DNA of 64,000 nucleotides from Pseudomonadota bacterium (GCA_021848825.1 JAJZTQ010000002.1:5129-69128); one strand, 5' to 3'. Shown: positions 21,099-30,254, numbered from the stretch's first letter. Notes: generated from the letters alone by a model not told the origin. Numbers and translations: made by a program.

Positions 21099-22792
21099 GC
21101 GAGCGGGACGAACCTGACCCCAAGCTGCTTGGCCAGATGCTGATCGAGAAGGGCGTGATCAGCGAGGATCAGCTGAGGATCGCGCTCGTCGAACAGGGAA
21201 AGCATCATCTGAGGCTGGGCAAGCTGATGGTCGGGCTTGGTTTCCTGACAGAGGGGGCCATGCGCGACGTGCTCTCCGAAAGCATGGGTCAGGAGACCGT
21301 CGATCTTTCCAGGGTGGTGGTCGATGCCGCGGCGGTCAAGCTGATTCCGCAGGAAGTCGCGAGACGCCATCAGGTTCTTCCCGTCTCGCTGGACAGGAAC
21401 AGCCGCATCCTCTCTCTCGCCATTTCCAATCCGGAGAACATCATCGCGCTCGATCAGGTCAAGGCGCTGCTCGGCGAGGACTACGAATTGCATCTTCTTC
21501 TCGCTGCGGAATCCGAGATCATGCATGCGATCGACCAGCATTACGGATTCGAGCTCTCCATCGAAGGCATACTCCAGGAAATCGAGCCGGGCGAAATCGA
21601 CTATCCTGCGCTGCAGGTCGGCGTGACCGAGTTTTCCCAGCCCGTCGTTCGGCTCATCGATGCGCTCCTTTCGGATGCCGTGCAGAGGGGAGCATCCGAT
21701 ATCCATTTCGAGCCGGAACACAGTTTCTTGCGCATCAGGTGCAGGATAGACGGCGTCTTGCGCCAGCAGAGAAGCCTGCACAAGTCATACTGGTCTCCCA
21801 TGGCGGTGAGGCTGAAGGTCATGAGCGGCATGAACATCGCCGAGAACAGGGCGCCCCAGGACGGGCATTTCTCGCTTCGCCTCTCAGGGAGGCAGATCGA
21901 CTTCAGGGTTTCGGCCGAACCGACCACGCATGGCGAGAACATCGTGCTTCGAATCCTGGACAGGCAGAAAGGGATTGTTCCGCTCGAGGATCTCGGGATG
22001 GGCGACAAGGAACTCGGACTGCTCGAGGAGATGATTTCGAAGACGGAAGGCATCATCCTGGTCACGGGACCGACGGGCTGCGGAAAGACGACGACGCTTT
22101 ATTCCATATTGAGCAGGATCAATACGGAGGCGGTCAACATCATGACGCTCGAGGACCCTGTCGAGTATCCGATGCCGATGATCAGGCAGGCTTCCGTCAA
22201 TGAAATGGCCAAGCTCGATTTCGCGAGCGGCATCAGGTCGATGCTGAGGCAGGATCCGGACATCATCCTGGTCGGCGAGGTCAGGGATCAGCCCACTGCC
22301 GTGATGGCGTTCAGGGCCGCGATGACAGGACATCAGGTCTACACGACGCTCCACACGAATTCCGCTATAGGCGCGATTCCAAGGCTGTTCGATCTCGGCA
22401 TCCATCCCGAAATCATGGCCGGGAACATCATCGGCGTGATCGCGCAGAGGCTTGCCAGGAGGCTTTGCCTGAACTGCAGGATGGAGGCGGATGCAGGCGA
22501 ACAGGAAATCAGGATTCTCGGCGGAAATTCGCGGATCTATCGGGGAAAAGGATGCGAAGCCTGCGATTTCCAGGGCTATTCCGGCCGTTTCGCGATCATG
22601 GAGATCATCAGGCTCGACGAGGATTTCGACGACCTGATCGTGCGCGGAGGGACATTGCGCGAAATGAGGAATCTGGCGCGCGAGAAGGAATTCAGGACGC
22701 TTGCGCAAAATGCCGTCCAGTCCGTGCGCTCAGGCATGACTTCGCTGGAAGAGATCCTGCGGGTGGTCGATCTGACCGGAAGGTCGGCATGA
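21095..22792 (+). CDS. mshE: type IV filament extension ATPase, MshE/GspE family with MshEN-type N-domain
   Basis: N-terminal tandem 24-aa motifs LLGQMLIEKGVISEDQLRIALVEQ / RLGKLMVGLGFLTEGAMRDVLSES. Walker A GPTGCGKTTT, DPDIILVGEVRD, GHQVYTTLHTN, Cys motifs CLNC...CEAC. Confidence 0.88.
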   Translation: MSERDEPDPKLLGQMLIEKGVISEDQLRIALVEQGKHHLRLGKLMVGLGFLTEGAMRDVLSESMGQETVDLSRVVVDAAAVKLIPQEVARRHQVLPVSLDRNSRILSLAISNPENIIALDQVKALLGEDYELHLLLAAESEIMHAIDQHYGFELSIEGILQEIEPGEIDYPALQVGVTEFSQPVVRLIDALLSDAVQRGASDIHFEPEHSFLRIRCRIDGVLRQQRSLHKSYWSPMAVRLKVMSGMNIAENRAPQDGHFSLRLSGRQIDFRVSAEPTTHGENIVLRILDRQKGIVPLEDLGMGDKELGLLEEMISKTEGIILVTGPTGCGKTTTLYSILSRINTEAVNIMTLEDPVEYPMPMIRQASVNEMAKLDFASGIRSMLRQDPDIILVGEVRDQPTAVMAFRAAMTGHQVYTTLHTNSAIGAIPRLFDLGIHPEIMAGNIIGVIAQRLARRLCLNCRMEADAGEQEIRILGGNSRIYRGKGCEACDFQGYSGRFAIMEIIRLDEDFDDLIVRGGTLREMRNLAREKEFRTLAQNAVQSVRSGMTSLEEILRVVDLTGRSA

Positions 22793-23982
22793 CCCTCTAC
22801 GCCTACAGGGCCTTGAACCAGCAGGGAGAGGTGAGAAAAGGCGTGCTCGATGCCTTGAGCGAATCGGATCTCGAAGAGCGGCTGGAACGAATCGGCATGG
22901 AGCTCATATCGTACAGGCCGGCGCTGAAGAAGAGTTTCGGGAAAAGGGTCGGGCGGCGCGATCTGATCACCTTCTTTTTCAATCTCGAGCTGCTGACGAG
23001 GGCCGGCGTGTCCCTCGTCGAAAGCCTGACCGATATCAGGGATACCATGGATATTCCCTATTTCAGGGAAATCATCACTGAAATGATCGAAAACATAGAG
23101 GGAGGCATGCAGTTTTCCCATGCCATGTCCTTTTATCCCAGGATATTCGACACCGTCATGGTCAACCTTGTCAGGGCGGGCGAGGAGAGCGCGAAGCTGC
23201 CCGAAATATTCAGGCACCTGACGGATTCGCTCAAATGGCACGACGAAATCAGTTCCCAGACCAGGCAGATCCTGCTTTATCCGGCATTCGTCGGAACAGT
23301 CGTGATCGGCATCACTTTCTTCCTGATGACCTATCTCGTTCCGCAATTGGGCATCTTCTTCAGGAACTTCGGGCAGACCCTTCCTCCCCAGACCCGGGCG
23401 CTGATCGCGGTTTCGAATTTTTTCATTCATTACAAGTACTGGATTCTCCTGGCTCCCTTCCTGCTCTACTTCTTCCTGAAATCGGCGGGCATGCTGAGCG
23501 AGCGGGCAAGGTACTGGCTGGACAGCCTGAAAATCAGGATATGGATCATCGGTCCCATCCTGCTGAAGGTCATCCTGGCGAGATTCGCCAATACGTTCGC
23601 CATCATGTACGAATCGGGCGTGAGCATACTCGACTGCATCGCCATTTCTTCCGGCATCACCGGCAATCTGGTGATATCGAGAAAGCTTGTGCAGGCGAGG
23701 CGGGAGATAGAGGCCGGCAAGACGCTGCTGCAGAGCTTCCAGGGTTCGAACGTCTTTCCTGCCCTCGTGCTCAGGATGATCAAGGTGGGCGAGGCGACAG
23801 GAAGGGTGGACGATGCGCTCTATAACGTCAGCTATTTCTACGAAAGGGACACCCGGGAAGCCATCAGAAGAGTCCAGGTCATGATCGAGCCGGTACTGAC
23901 CGTCGTCCTGGGCTCATTGCTCGGCTGGATCATGCTTTCGGCGATCACCCCGATATACGACATGCTCGGAAAAATCAGATGA
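22789..23982 (+). CDS. mshG: type IV filament platform protein (GspF/PilC/MshG family)
   Basis: Start trimmed to ATG 22789 (MTLYAYRALNQQGE), an ATGA overlap with mshE. Duplicated GspF domain with three TM blocks. Confidence 0.85.
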   Translation: MTLYAYRALNQQGEVRKGVLDALSESDLEERLERIGMELISYRPALKKSFGKRVGRRDLITFFFNLELLTRAGVSLVESLTDIRDTMDIPYFREIITEMIENIEGGMQFSHAMSFYPRIFDTVMVNLVRAGEESAKLPEIFRHLTDSLKWHDEISSQTRQILLYPAFVGTVVIGITFFLMTYLVPQLGIFFRNFGQTLPPQTRALIAVSNFFIHYKYWILLAPFLLYFFLKSAGMLSERARYWLDSLKIRIWIIGPILLKVILARFANTFAIMYESGVSILDCIAISSGITGNLVISRKLVQARREIEAGKTLLQSFQGSNVFPALVLRMIKVGEATGRVDDALYNVSYFYERDTREAIRRVQVMIEPVLTVVLGSLLGWIMLSAITPIYDMLGKIR

Positions 23983-25433
23983 AGACGCTGAAGCTTTTCA
24001 TCGGAGACAAGGCATGCCTGGTCATGGAATGGAAAAACGGCCTGCCGGCCTGGCGGGCGGCTTTTCAGAATTCCGCAACGGGCGTGGGGCAATTCGAAGC
24101 TTATCTCGAAGGCAGGAAGCATTCGACGGCGAGCATCCTTGTCGATCTCGTCGAGGAGGATTATCGTCAGGAAAGCATTCCCCATCTCGGTCTTCTGGAC
24201 AGGAAGCATTATCTCGCGAAAAAGCTGGTCCAGTACTATCGCCATACGCCTTTCAACAGCGCCGTTTTCCAGGGCAAAGAGGGAAAAAACGACAGGGTTC
24301 TTTTTTCGGCGATGACGAGCCCGAATCTCATCCTGCCATGGGTGGAATTGCTTGCGAAAAAGCGGATTCCGTTGACGGGGATCTGTTCAGTCGCGCTGCT
24401 GAGCGAAAAGCTGATCGGCAGCATCCATGCAACCCACCTGATGCTGCTTTCCTTCCAGGAGGGAACGGGCCTGAGGCAGAGCTTCTTCCTGAACGGCCGT
24501 CTGAATTTCTCGAGGCTGACCCTGATTCGCCCCGAAGAAGATCCTCTTGCCGTTCTCCGCGTCGAGTCAGCCCGCGCCTACAATTATCTCCACGCGCTCA
24601 ATCTGCTTCCGGAAACAGGGGTGATTCCTGTTCTCGTCCTTTGTGACGAAAACGACAGCAGGAAGCTGGGCGAGATGATAGAAGACACGCCTTCGGTTCG
24701 GCATGTCTTCATCGATCCTCATGAGGCGGCGAGAAGGACGGGTTTCAGGGGGGGCATGGCGGGCTCGGATGCGCTGCCGATTTTCCTTCACCTTCAGGGG
24801 GCTGCCAACCATTACGGAAACGGGGCGCACAGGCACCTCAACGATCTGCGTCAGCTGCGCGTTGCAGCCCATTTTCTTTCCGCTTCCCTTGTCGCTGCAG
24901 GGCTGATACTTGCAGCAATAGACGCATCGATGGCGATCAGGCTTCATCGCAAAGCGGGTATTCTCGAAGCGAGGAGCGATGCGGCGATGCTTCAGTACAG
25001 GAAGCTCGTTCCTCCCGAGAGAGGGGCGGAGTCGCCGCAGAAGATGAAGGCTGCCGTCATGCTTGCCCAAATTCTTGCCGCTGCCTATCCGAAACCGGAA
25101 AACCTGCTTTCCCTGGTGAGCCGCGCGCTCGAGCCCTTTCCTACGGTTCGGATGAACAGGATCTCTTGGCAGACATCCAGGGGAAAATCGTTTGTTTCGA
25201 ATCCGGGGGAAGTGGTGATAGACATCGAAGGCGAGATCTTTCCTTTCGATGGAAACTTCAGGGCTGCCAATGAGAGCGTGGAAAATTTCTGTTCCGAACT
25301 CGGAAAAACGGGCATGACGGTACAGAAGATCAAGCTTCCCCTGAACCTGAGCCCTGGCGCCAGTCTCGTCGGAAAGACAGGGCGGGAAAAGGCGGATTTT
25401 GCCGTCAGGGCATTCTGGAAGAGGGTATCGTGA
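23979..25433 (+). CDS. GspL / PilM-PilN (MshI)-like bitopic assembly protein
   Basis: 484 aa: about 290-aa cytoplasmic domain, single TM (VAAHFLSASLVAAGLILAAI), about 170-aa periplasmic domain. Architecture and position fit. No sequence motif recognised with certainty. Confidence 0.5.
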   Translation: MKTLKLFIGDKACLVMEWKNGLPAWRAAFQNSATGVGQFEAYLEGRKHSTASILVDLVEEDYRQESIPHLGLLDRKHYLAKKLVQYYRHTPFNSAVFQGKEGKNDRVLFSAMTSPNLILPWVELLAKKRIPLTGICSVALLSEKLIGSIHATHLMLLSFQEGTGLRQSFFLNGRLNFSRLTLIRPEEDPLAVLRVESARAYNYLHALNLLPETGVIPVLVLCDENDSRKLGEMIEDTPSVRHVFIDPHEAARRTGFRGGMAGSDALPIFLHLQGAANHYGNGAHRHLNDLRQLRVAAHFLSASLVAAGLILAAIDASMAIRLHRKAGILEARSDAAMLQYRKLVPPERGAESPQKMKAAVMLAQILAAAYPKPENLLSLVSRALEPFPTVRMNRISWQTSRGKSFVSNPGEVVIDIEGEIFPFDGNFRAANESVENFCSELGKTGMTVQKIKLPLNLSPGASLVGKTGREKADFAVRAFWKRVS

Positions 25434-26008
25434 TCCTGAAGCGTGAGGATTTTCCGAGTATTGCCTTTTCGCTCGCCCTCCTGCTTTCCGCCGTATCCGC
25501 TTCATTCGCCCTTCCGTTCATCAGTCAGCGTTTCCTTCAGAGGATGGTTCTCGAAGAAGCCCGTTCCGAAAAGGCGCTGCTCGACGCGAACGAAAAAATC
25601 AGGGAAGCGGCAAGGGAGCGGGAGAGCATTTCGATTTTCAAGGCAGCCTACGGGCGGCTCGTCACGCGCGGGGTGATCGGGAATTTCGAAAGACTCGATC
25701 TCGTCGAGCATCTGGACGAAGCGGGATCGAGCGTCTTCAGCATGCAGTATTCGGTTTCTCCCCAGGAAAAAATACCCGAACCCGGTTTCTATTCCATTGA
25801 CGTCAATCGCGCGACAGTCAATCTGGATGTCCTCCACGAAGGGAAACTCCTGGATTTCCTGGATGCGCTGGAGGCGAAGTCGAGGGGACTCTTCCTTGTC
25901 GAAGGATGCGCCATGGAAAGGATCGAAGGAGAGTCGGCCATTTCTTTCGCGCCCCATCTGAAGGCAGGATGCAGCCTGATGTGGGTGACGCTGGAAGCAG
26001 TGAAATGA
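25430..26008 (+). CDS. GspM/PilO (MshJ)-like bitopic protein
   Basis: GTG start in a GTGA overlap. N-terminal TM, coiled-coil segment (EEARSEKALLDANEKIREAARERE), then a periplasmic domain. Confidence 0.45.
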   Translation: MILKREDFPSIAFSLALLLSAVSASFALPFISQRFLQRMVLEEARSEKALLDANEKIREAARERESISIFKAAYGRLVTRGVIGNFERLDLVEHLDEAGSSVFSMQYSVSPQEKIPEPGFYSIDVNRATVNLDVLHEGKLLDFLDALEAKSRGLFLVEGCAMERIEGESAISFAPHLKAGCSLMWVTLEAVK

Positions 26009-26244
26009 AGAAGCTGATCTTCCTGATGCTTTTCCTTGTTCAATCCCAATCCTTCGCCGATACGCTGGGGCGGCTTTTCTTCACGAAGCAGGAAAGGGAG
26101 GCGATGGACAGACGGAGCAGGAATCCTGGAAAGGCGACCGAAGCGAATCCGGAGGCGAGCGGAACCGTCCAGAGGAAAGACGGCGGAGAGACAGTCTGGA
26201 TCAATGGCGTTCCCCATCATGTGGAACGGGACAAGAAAAAATGA
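26005..26244 (+). CDS. small secreted protein of unknown function
   Basis: 79 aa from the internal ATG 26005 of the track ORF (ATGA overlap on both sides). Signal peptide MKKLIFLMLFLVQSQSFA, then LGRLFFTKQEREAMD. Confidence 0.5.
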   Translation: MKKLIFLMLFLVQSQSFADTLGRLFFTKQEREAMDRRSRNPGKATEANPEASGTVQRKDGGETVWINGVPHHVERDKKK

Positions 26245-27434
26245 GGGAAAAAGGAGCGGTGATCCTGCTTTTGATGACGGTCTTCCTGGCTGCAGGGACC
26301 TACCTTTTCGTCAGTTCCGTCGACATTTCGAAAAACACGGTGGAGCGCGAAAAGATAACAGCACGGGCGCTTGCTCAGGCGAAGGATGCGCTGATCGGTT
26401 TTGCGATCACCTATGCCGAAAAGCATCATGGCAATCCGGTTAACGGCTATCTGCCCTGCCCGGACATGTCCGCAACGGGCATAGGCAAAGAAGGGTCCGC
26501 TGAGGGGAGCTGCGGAGGGAAAAATGTCAGCGCGATCGGAAAACTGCCGTGGAAGACGCTCGATCTTCCGCCTCTCAGGGACGGCAGAGGGGAGTGTCTC
26601 TGGTATGCAGTTTCAGGAACATACAAGAACAATCCGGATTCCGACTTCATGGACTGGGACAATATGGGGCTCTTCCAGGTCATGGCTTCAGACGGGGTAA
26701 CCGTTCTCGCCAGTCAGGCAGTCGCCGTCGTTATTTCCCCGGGATTCGCCATGGGAAGCCAGAATCATTTGCCGGCAGTGGGTACCGCAATCTGCGGGGG
26801 AAATTACACCCCATCCAATTATCTCGACAATGATACGGTTCACAACATAAACAATGCCCTTGTTTCGCCCATAGCGAATGCAGTGACGAAGTTCATTCAG
26901 GGGGATGTCGGTAACCCGATGGTGAACGACAGGCTGATCGTGGTCACGAGGGAAGACATCTTCAATGCCCTGAAAAAGCGCAGCGATTTTTCTTCATTCG
27001 TGGAAAATTCACTGCTGAACGCCGCATCGACATGCCTTTCTACGACTTTGCCTCTGCCGATTGCAATCAATTTCGATGCCATGACCGAAACGGCAGGTTC
27101 GAGCGTCGGGGATCTGGTCACGGGGCGAGTCCCCTACTCTTCATGTACCGACATTGCGATCAGGAAATGGCGCGACAACCTGCTCTATGCGACATGTTCA
27201 TCGGGAACCGCCTGTCTGAAGGTGAACAGTTCGGCTTGCAGGGGGATCCTGATCTTCGCAGGAGAAAGGACGGCTTTGCAAAGCAGAGCGACCAATGCCC
27301 AGAAGAACGACTGGAGAAATTATCTGGAAGGAGACGTTTACACCGCTTTTTCTGCCGGATCCGATACGTTCAACGGTGCTTCAGCCTATTCCAACGTTTC
27401 GCCTTCCACCGACATATTGGCATGCGTACCATGA
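26241..27434 (+). CDS. large pilin-like/PilX-like protein lacking a canonical prepilin cleavage motif
   Basis: N-terminal MREKGAVILLLMTVFLAAG hydrophobic segment. Shares the KDALIGFA...LPCPD...GSC...LPWKTL...YAVS region with the downstream prepilin. Confidence 0.55.
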   Translation: MREKGAVILLLMTVFLAAGTYLFVSSVDISKNTVEREKITARALAQAKDALIGFAITYAEKHHGNPVNGYLPCPDMSATGIGKEGSAEGSCGGKNVSAIGKLPWKTLDLPPLRDGRGECLWYAVSGTYKNNPDSDFMDWDNMGLFQVMASDGVTVLASQAVAVVISPGFAMGSQNHLPAVGTAICGGNYTPSNYLDNDTVHNINNALVSPIANAVTKFIQGDVGNPMVNDRLIVVTREDIFNALKKRSDFSSFVENSLLNAASTCLSTTLPLPIAINFDAMTETAGSSVGDLVTGRVPYSSCTDIAIRKWRDNLLYATCSSGTACLKVNSSACRGILIFAGERTALQSRATNAQKNDWRNYLEGDVYTAFSAGSDTFNGASAYSNVSPSTDILACVP

Positions 27435-28120
27435 AAAAAGGATTCACGCTGGTCGAAATCGCAGTCGTTCTGGCAATAATTGCCCTTCTCGTCGGCGGCA
27501 TGCTGATCCCGATTTCCGCCCAGATAGAAGAGCAGAAGATCATGGATACGCAGGATTCCATCGATCTGGTCAAGGAGGCGTTGATCGGATATGCGGTCGT
27601 CAACAAGCATCTTCCCTGCCCCGACAAGACTGTGCCAACAGGCGCCGGTACTGCGAACGACGGTCTCGAGGATGCGGCAGCAAGCGGTTCCTGCGTAAGT
27701 CAGGAGGGCAATATTCCCTGGGTCACTTTGGGCGTCTCGGGGCTGGATGCATGGGGTAACCGCATCCATTACAGCGTGACACCCGCTTTTTCGAATTCTC
27801 TCGCCAAATTCACGCTCCACTCGACCGGTACATTGCGGATATGTCAGACGTCGACCTGCGCAAACGTAGTGGCCAATGAAATTCCCGCCGTCGTCCTTTC
27901 CTATGGAAAGAATGGCTTCGGCGCGATCAACAGTGCCGGGCACGCCAATGTTTTACCGACGAGCGCAGACGAATTGGCCAATACCGACGGGAACCTCGAT
28001 TTTGTAAGCCGTACCGGCACTCCTTCCGCAGCCGCTTCGGGGCAGTTCGACGACATCGTCGACTGGGTCTCCCCCTATGTGCTCTTCGATCGAATGGTTT
28101 CGGCAGGGGTCTTGCCTTGA
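27431..28120 (+). CDS. prepilin-type minor pilin/pseudopilin
   Basis: MKKG/FTLVEIAVVLAIIALLVGG N-methylation motif. Start trimmed to ATG 27431 (ATGA overlap). Confidence 0.8.
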   Translation: MKKGFTLVEIAVVLAIIALLVGGMLIPISAQIEEQKIMDTQDSIDLVKEALIGYAVVNKHLPCPDKTVPTGAGTANDGLEDAAASGSCVSQEGNIPWVTLGVSGLDAWGNRIHYSVTPAFSNSLAKFTLHSTGTLRICQTSTCANVVANEIPAVVLSYGKNGFGAINSAGHANVLPTSADELANTDGNLDFVSRTGTPSAAASGQFDDIVDWVSPYVLFDRMVSAGVLP

Positions 28121-28872
28121 AGACGATCGCAAGATATACGCTGCTCGAAGCGCTCAGGAACAAAATGCTCTGGCTGATTCTGCCGATTCTTCTCCTCGGC
28201 CTTTCCTTTTCGCATTTTCTTCAGCGGACAGCCATCACCGAGAGCAGCGAGATCCAGGCGGGCTCCCTTGCCTTGATGGAGAGGACAGGGGCGGTGTTCG
28301 TCATGGTTTCCTTTGTCGTGGGGGGCATCTCAAGGGAGTACCAGGAAAAGGGGATGGAATTCTTCCTCGCCTTGCCGATGGGCAGGACCAGCTATCTTTT
28401 CGGCAAGCTTCTGGGATATGCATGCTGTTCGCTCCTGCTTGCCATTCTTTTCACCTTGCCGTTCTTCCTGAGCAACTCGCCTGTCTCGGCTTCGATCTGG
28501 GGCATTTCGCTCTTTCTCGAACTCGCTTTGATGAGTTGTGTGAGCCTCTTTTTCTCGATATCGCTGACCCAGATGCCCCTGGCGCTCGCGGCGGTTTCAG
28601 GCTTCTACCTGCTTTCACGCTCGATGGGGGCGATCATGCTGATCATGAAGGGCCCTCTCGCGGTTCACGGATTCTTGGAGGATATCGCCGACAGGGCGAT
28701 TTCGCTTGTCTCCTTCGTTCTCCCTTCGCTCGACGATTTCACCAGGACCGGATGGATCCTCTATCAGGAAACCAAATGGCAGGTTCTCCTGCCTGTTCTC
28801 GTCCAGACTGCGATTTACCTCTTGCTGATCTCCGCTGCAGCGCTCTTCGACTTCGAGAGGAGGGAAATCTGA
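28117..28872 (+). CDS. ABC-2 family (NosY/GldF-like) permease
   Basis: TTG start in a TTGA overlap with the pilin stop. IARYTLLEALRNKMLW and REYQEKGMEFFLALPMGRTSYLFGKLLG motifs typical of ABC-2 permeases. Six hydrophobic helices. Confidence 0.65.
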   Translation: MKTIARYTLLEALRNKMLWLILPILLLGLSFSHFLQRTAITESSEIQAGSLALMERTGAVFVMVSFVVGGISREYQEKGMEFFLALPMGRTSYLFGKLLGYACCSLLLAILFTLPFFLSNSPVSASIWGISLFLELALMSCVSLFFSISLTQMPLALAAVSGFYLLSRSMGAIMLIMKGPLAVHGFLEDIADRAISLVSFVLPSLDDFTRTGWILYQETKWQVLLPVLVQTAIYLLLISAAALFDFERREI

Positions 28873-28886
28873 ACGCGTCATGGCAG

Positions 28887-29567
28887 GTGAAATGGGTCTT
28901 GATGATTTCGCTGATTCTTCAGATTGTCTGGCACGCCTTTCGGTCAGACGAAAGTCCTGCTGCGCAAAAGCTTCATGATCCGCCTTCGCCCACGGATCTG
29001 AGGCTCGCGTCTTTCGGCGAATCCGAGATGGCCTCGAGATTCATGATGCTCTATCTGCAGTCATTCGACAGCCAGCCCGGAATCGTCATCCCTTACCGGG
29101 ATCTGGACTATCGGCGGGTCAAGAAATGGCTGAAGACGAGCCTGATCCTCGATGAAAGGGATCAATATCCGCTCTTTGCCGCAGCCGGCCTCTATCTCGG
29201 CGTGGAAGACGACAGCAGGAAAAGGATCATGCTCGATTTCATCTACAGGGCATTCGTGAAAAACCCGGAAGAAAGATGGCAATGGCTGGCAAGGGGGATA
29301 TGGGTTGCAAAATACCAGCTTCACGATCTTCCCCTTGCCCTTCGATATGCGGAGGCGCTCGCCGGACGCAGGACCTCGAAGATGCCCGACTGGGTGAGCG
29401 AAATGCAGGTTTTCATCCTGAATGACATGAACAAAATCGATAGTGAAAGGATATTGATTGGCGCCCTTCTTGCCAATGGCAAGATACTAGACCAGAACGA
29501 GAAGTATCTTCTCGAGAGGGAGCTCGCCAGGATAGGGAGGCAAAAAAAATCCGGCGTGCTATGGTGA
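28887..29567 (+). CDS. membrane-anchored hypothetical protein
   Basis: 3' half of the 496-aa track ORF. Start placed at GTG 28887 (ATG 28902 is an alternative), giving an N-terminal anchor KWVLMISLILQIVW. No family recognised. Confidence 0.45.
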   Translation: MKWVLMISLILQIVWHAFRSDESPAAQKLHDPPSPTDLRLASFGESEMASRFMMLYLQSFDSQPGIVIPYRDLDYRRVKKWLKTSLILDERDQYPLFAAAGLYLGVEDDSRKRIMLDFIYRAFVKNPEERWQWLARGIWVAKYQLHDLPLALRYAEALAGRRTSKMPDWVSEMQVFILNDMNKIDSERILIGALLANGKILDQNEKYLLERELARIGRQKKSGVLW

Positions 29568-29596
29568 ATCAAACAAACCTTTTGGAGCGGCAAATC

Positions 29597-30244
29597 ATGG
29601 AAAAAGAAACCGGTTTCACATTGGTCGAGATAGCCATCGTGCTGGTCATCATAGGGCTGATTCTTGCTGCGGTATTGAAGGGGCAGGAAATGATCACCCA
29701 GGGCAAGATCAAGGGCATCATCAACGATTTCAACGCAGTCTTGACCGCCTACAATGGCTACCAGGACAGGTACAAGGCGATTCCGGGGGATGATCCCAAT
29801 TCGGGGGCGAGGTGGACCACGCTGGGGGTAAGCGGAAACGGCAATGGCACGGTCGACGGAGAATACAACGACGCAACTGGCGGAACTTCGGAAGCGACCT
29901 ATTTCTGGGCAGATCTGAAATTCGCCAATTTCTTTCCGGGATTGACCGACACTGCAGCCCACGCCGAGGCCCAGCCTTCGAATTCAGTCGGAGGGATCAT
30001 AGGGGTTCAGAACAATGCGCTGGGGATGTCGGGGCTCTCGATCTGCATGTCGGCGGTGGTATACAAGATTGCGCAATCCGTGGACACGCAGATCGACGAC
30101 GGCAATGCGATGACAGGTTCGGTTCGCGCAACCGTTCAGACCGCTGGCGCCACGCTCGCCCAGTTGCCTGACCTGACGGGAGGGGCTCCGGCAGCCAATT
30201 ACGTTGACGGCAGCACCTACGTCATATGCCGCTCCATTCCCTGA
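29597..30244 (+). CDS. type IV pilin (candidate major subunit, copy 1)
   Basis: MEKETG/FTLVEIAIVLVIIGLILAAVLKGQEMITQGKIK prepilin motif. C-terminal Cys pair (SICMS...VICRS). Start trimmed to ATG 29597. Confidence 0.85.
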   Translation: MEKETGFTLVEIAIVLVIIGLILAAVLKGQEMITQGKIKGIINDFNAVLTAYNGYQDRYKAIPGDDPNSGARWTTLGVSGNGNGTVDGEYNDATGGTSEATYFWADLKFANFFPGLTDTAAHAEAQPSNSVGGIIGVQNNALGMSGLSICMSAVVYKIAQSVDTQIDDGNAMTGSVRATVQTAGATLAQLPDLTGGAPAANYVDGSTYVICRSIP

Positions 30245-30254
30245 GGAAATTGGC

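Noticed and set aside
22465-22788. Upstream extensions of track ORFs (22465-23982, 27032-28120, 30805-32571, 47492-48346, 48739-49494, 42008-42733, 9598-10473, 12487-13500, 14734-15693, 5512-6333, 6275-7063, 7045-7785).
   Set aside because: These extensions run through the preceding gene in another frame. In each case an internal start gives the family-typical N-terminus and usually a 1-8 nt overlap or short gap to the upstream stop, so the starts were trimmed.
28077-28886. 5' half of the 496-aa ORF 28077-29567.
   Set aside because: It overlaps the ABC-2 permease (28117-28872) in another frame and is Arg/Gly/Asp-rich. Only the part after GTG 28887 / ATG 28902 reads like a protein.
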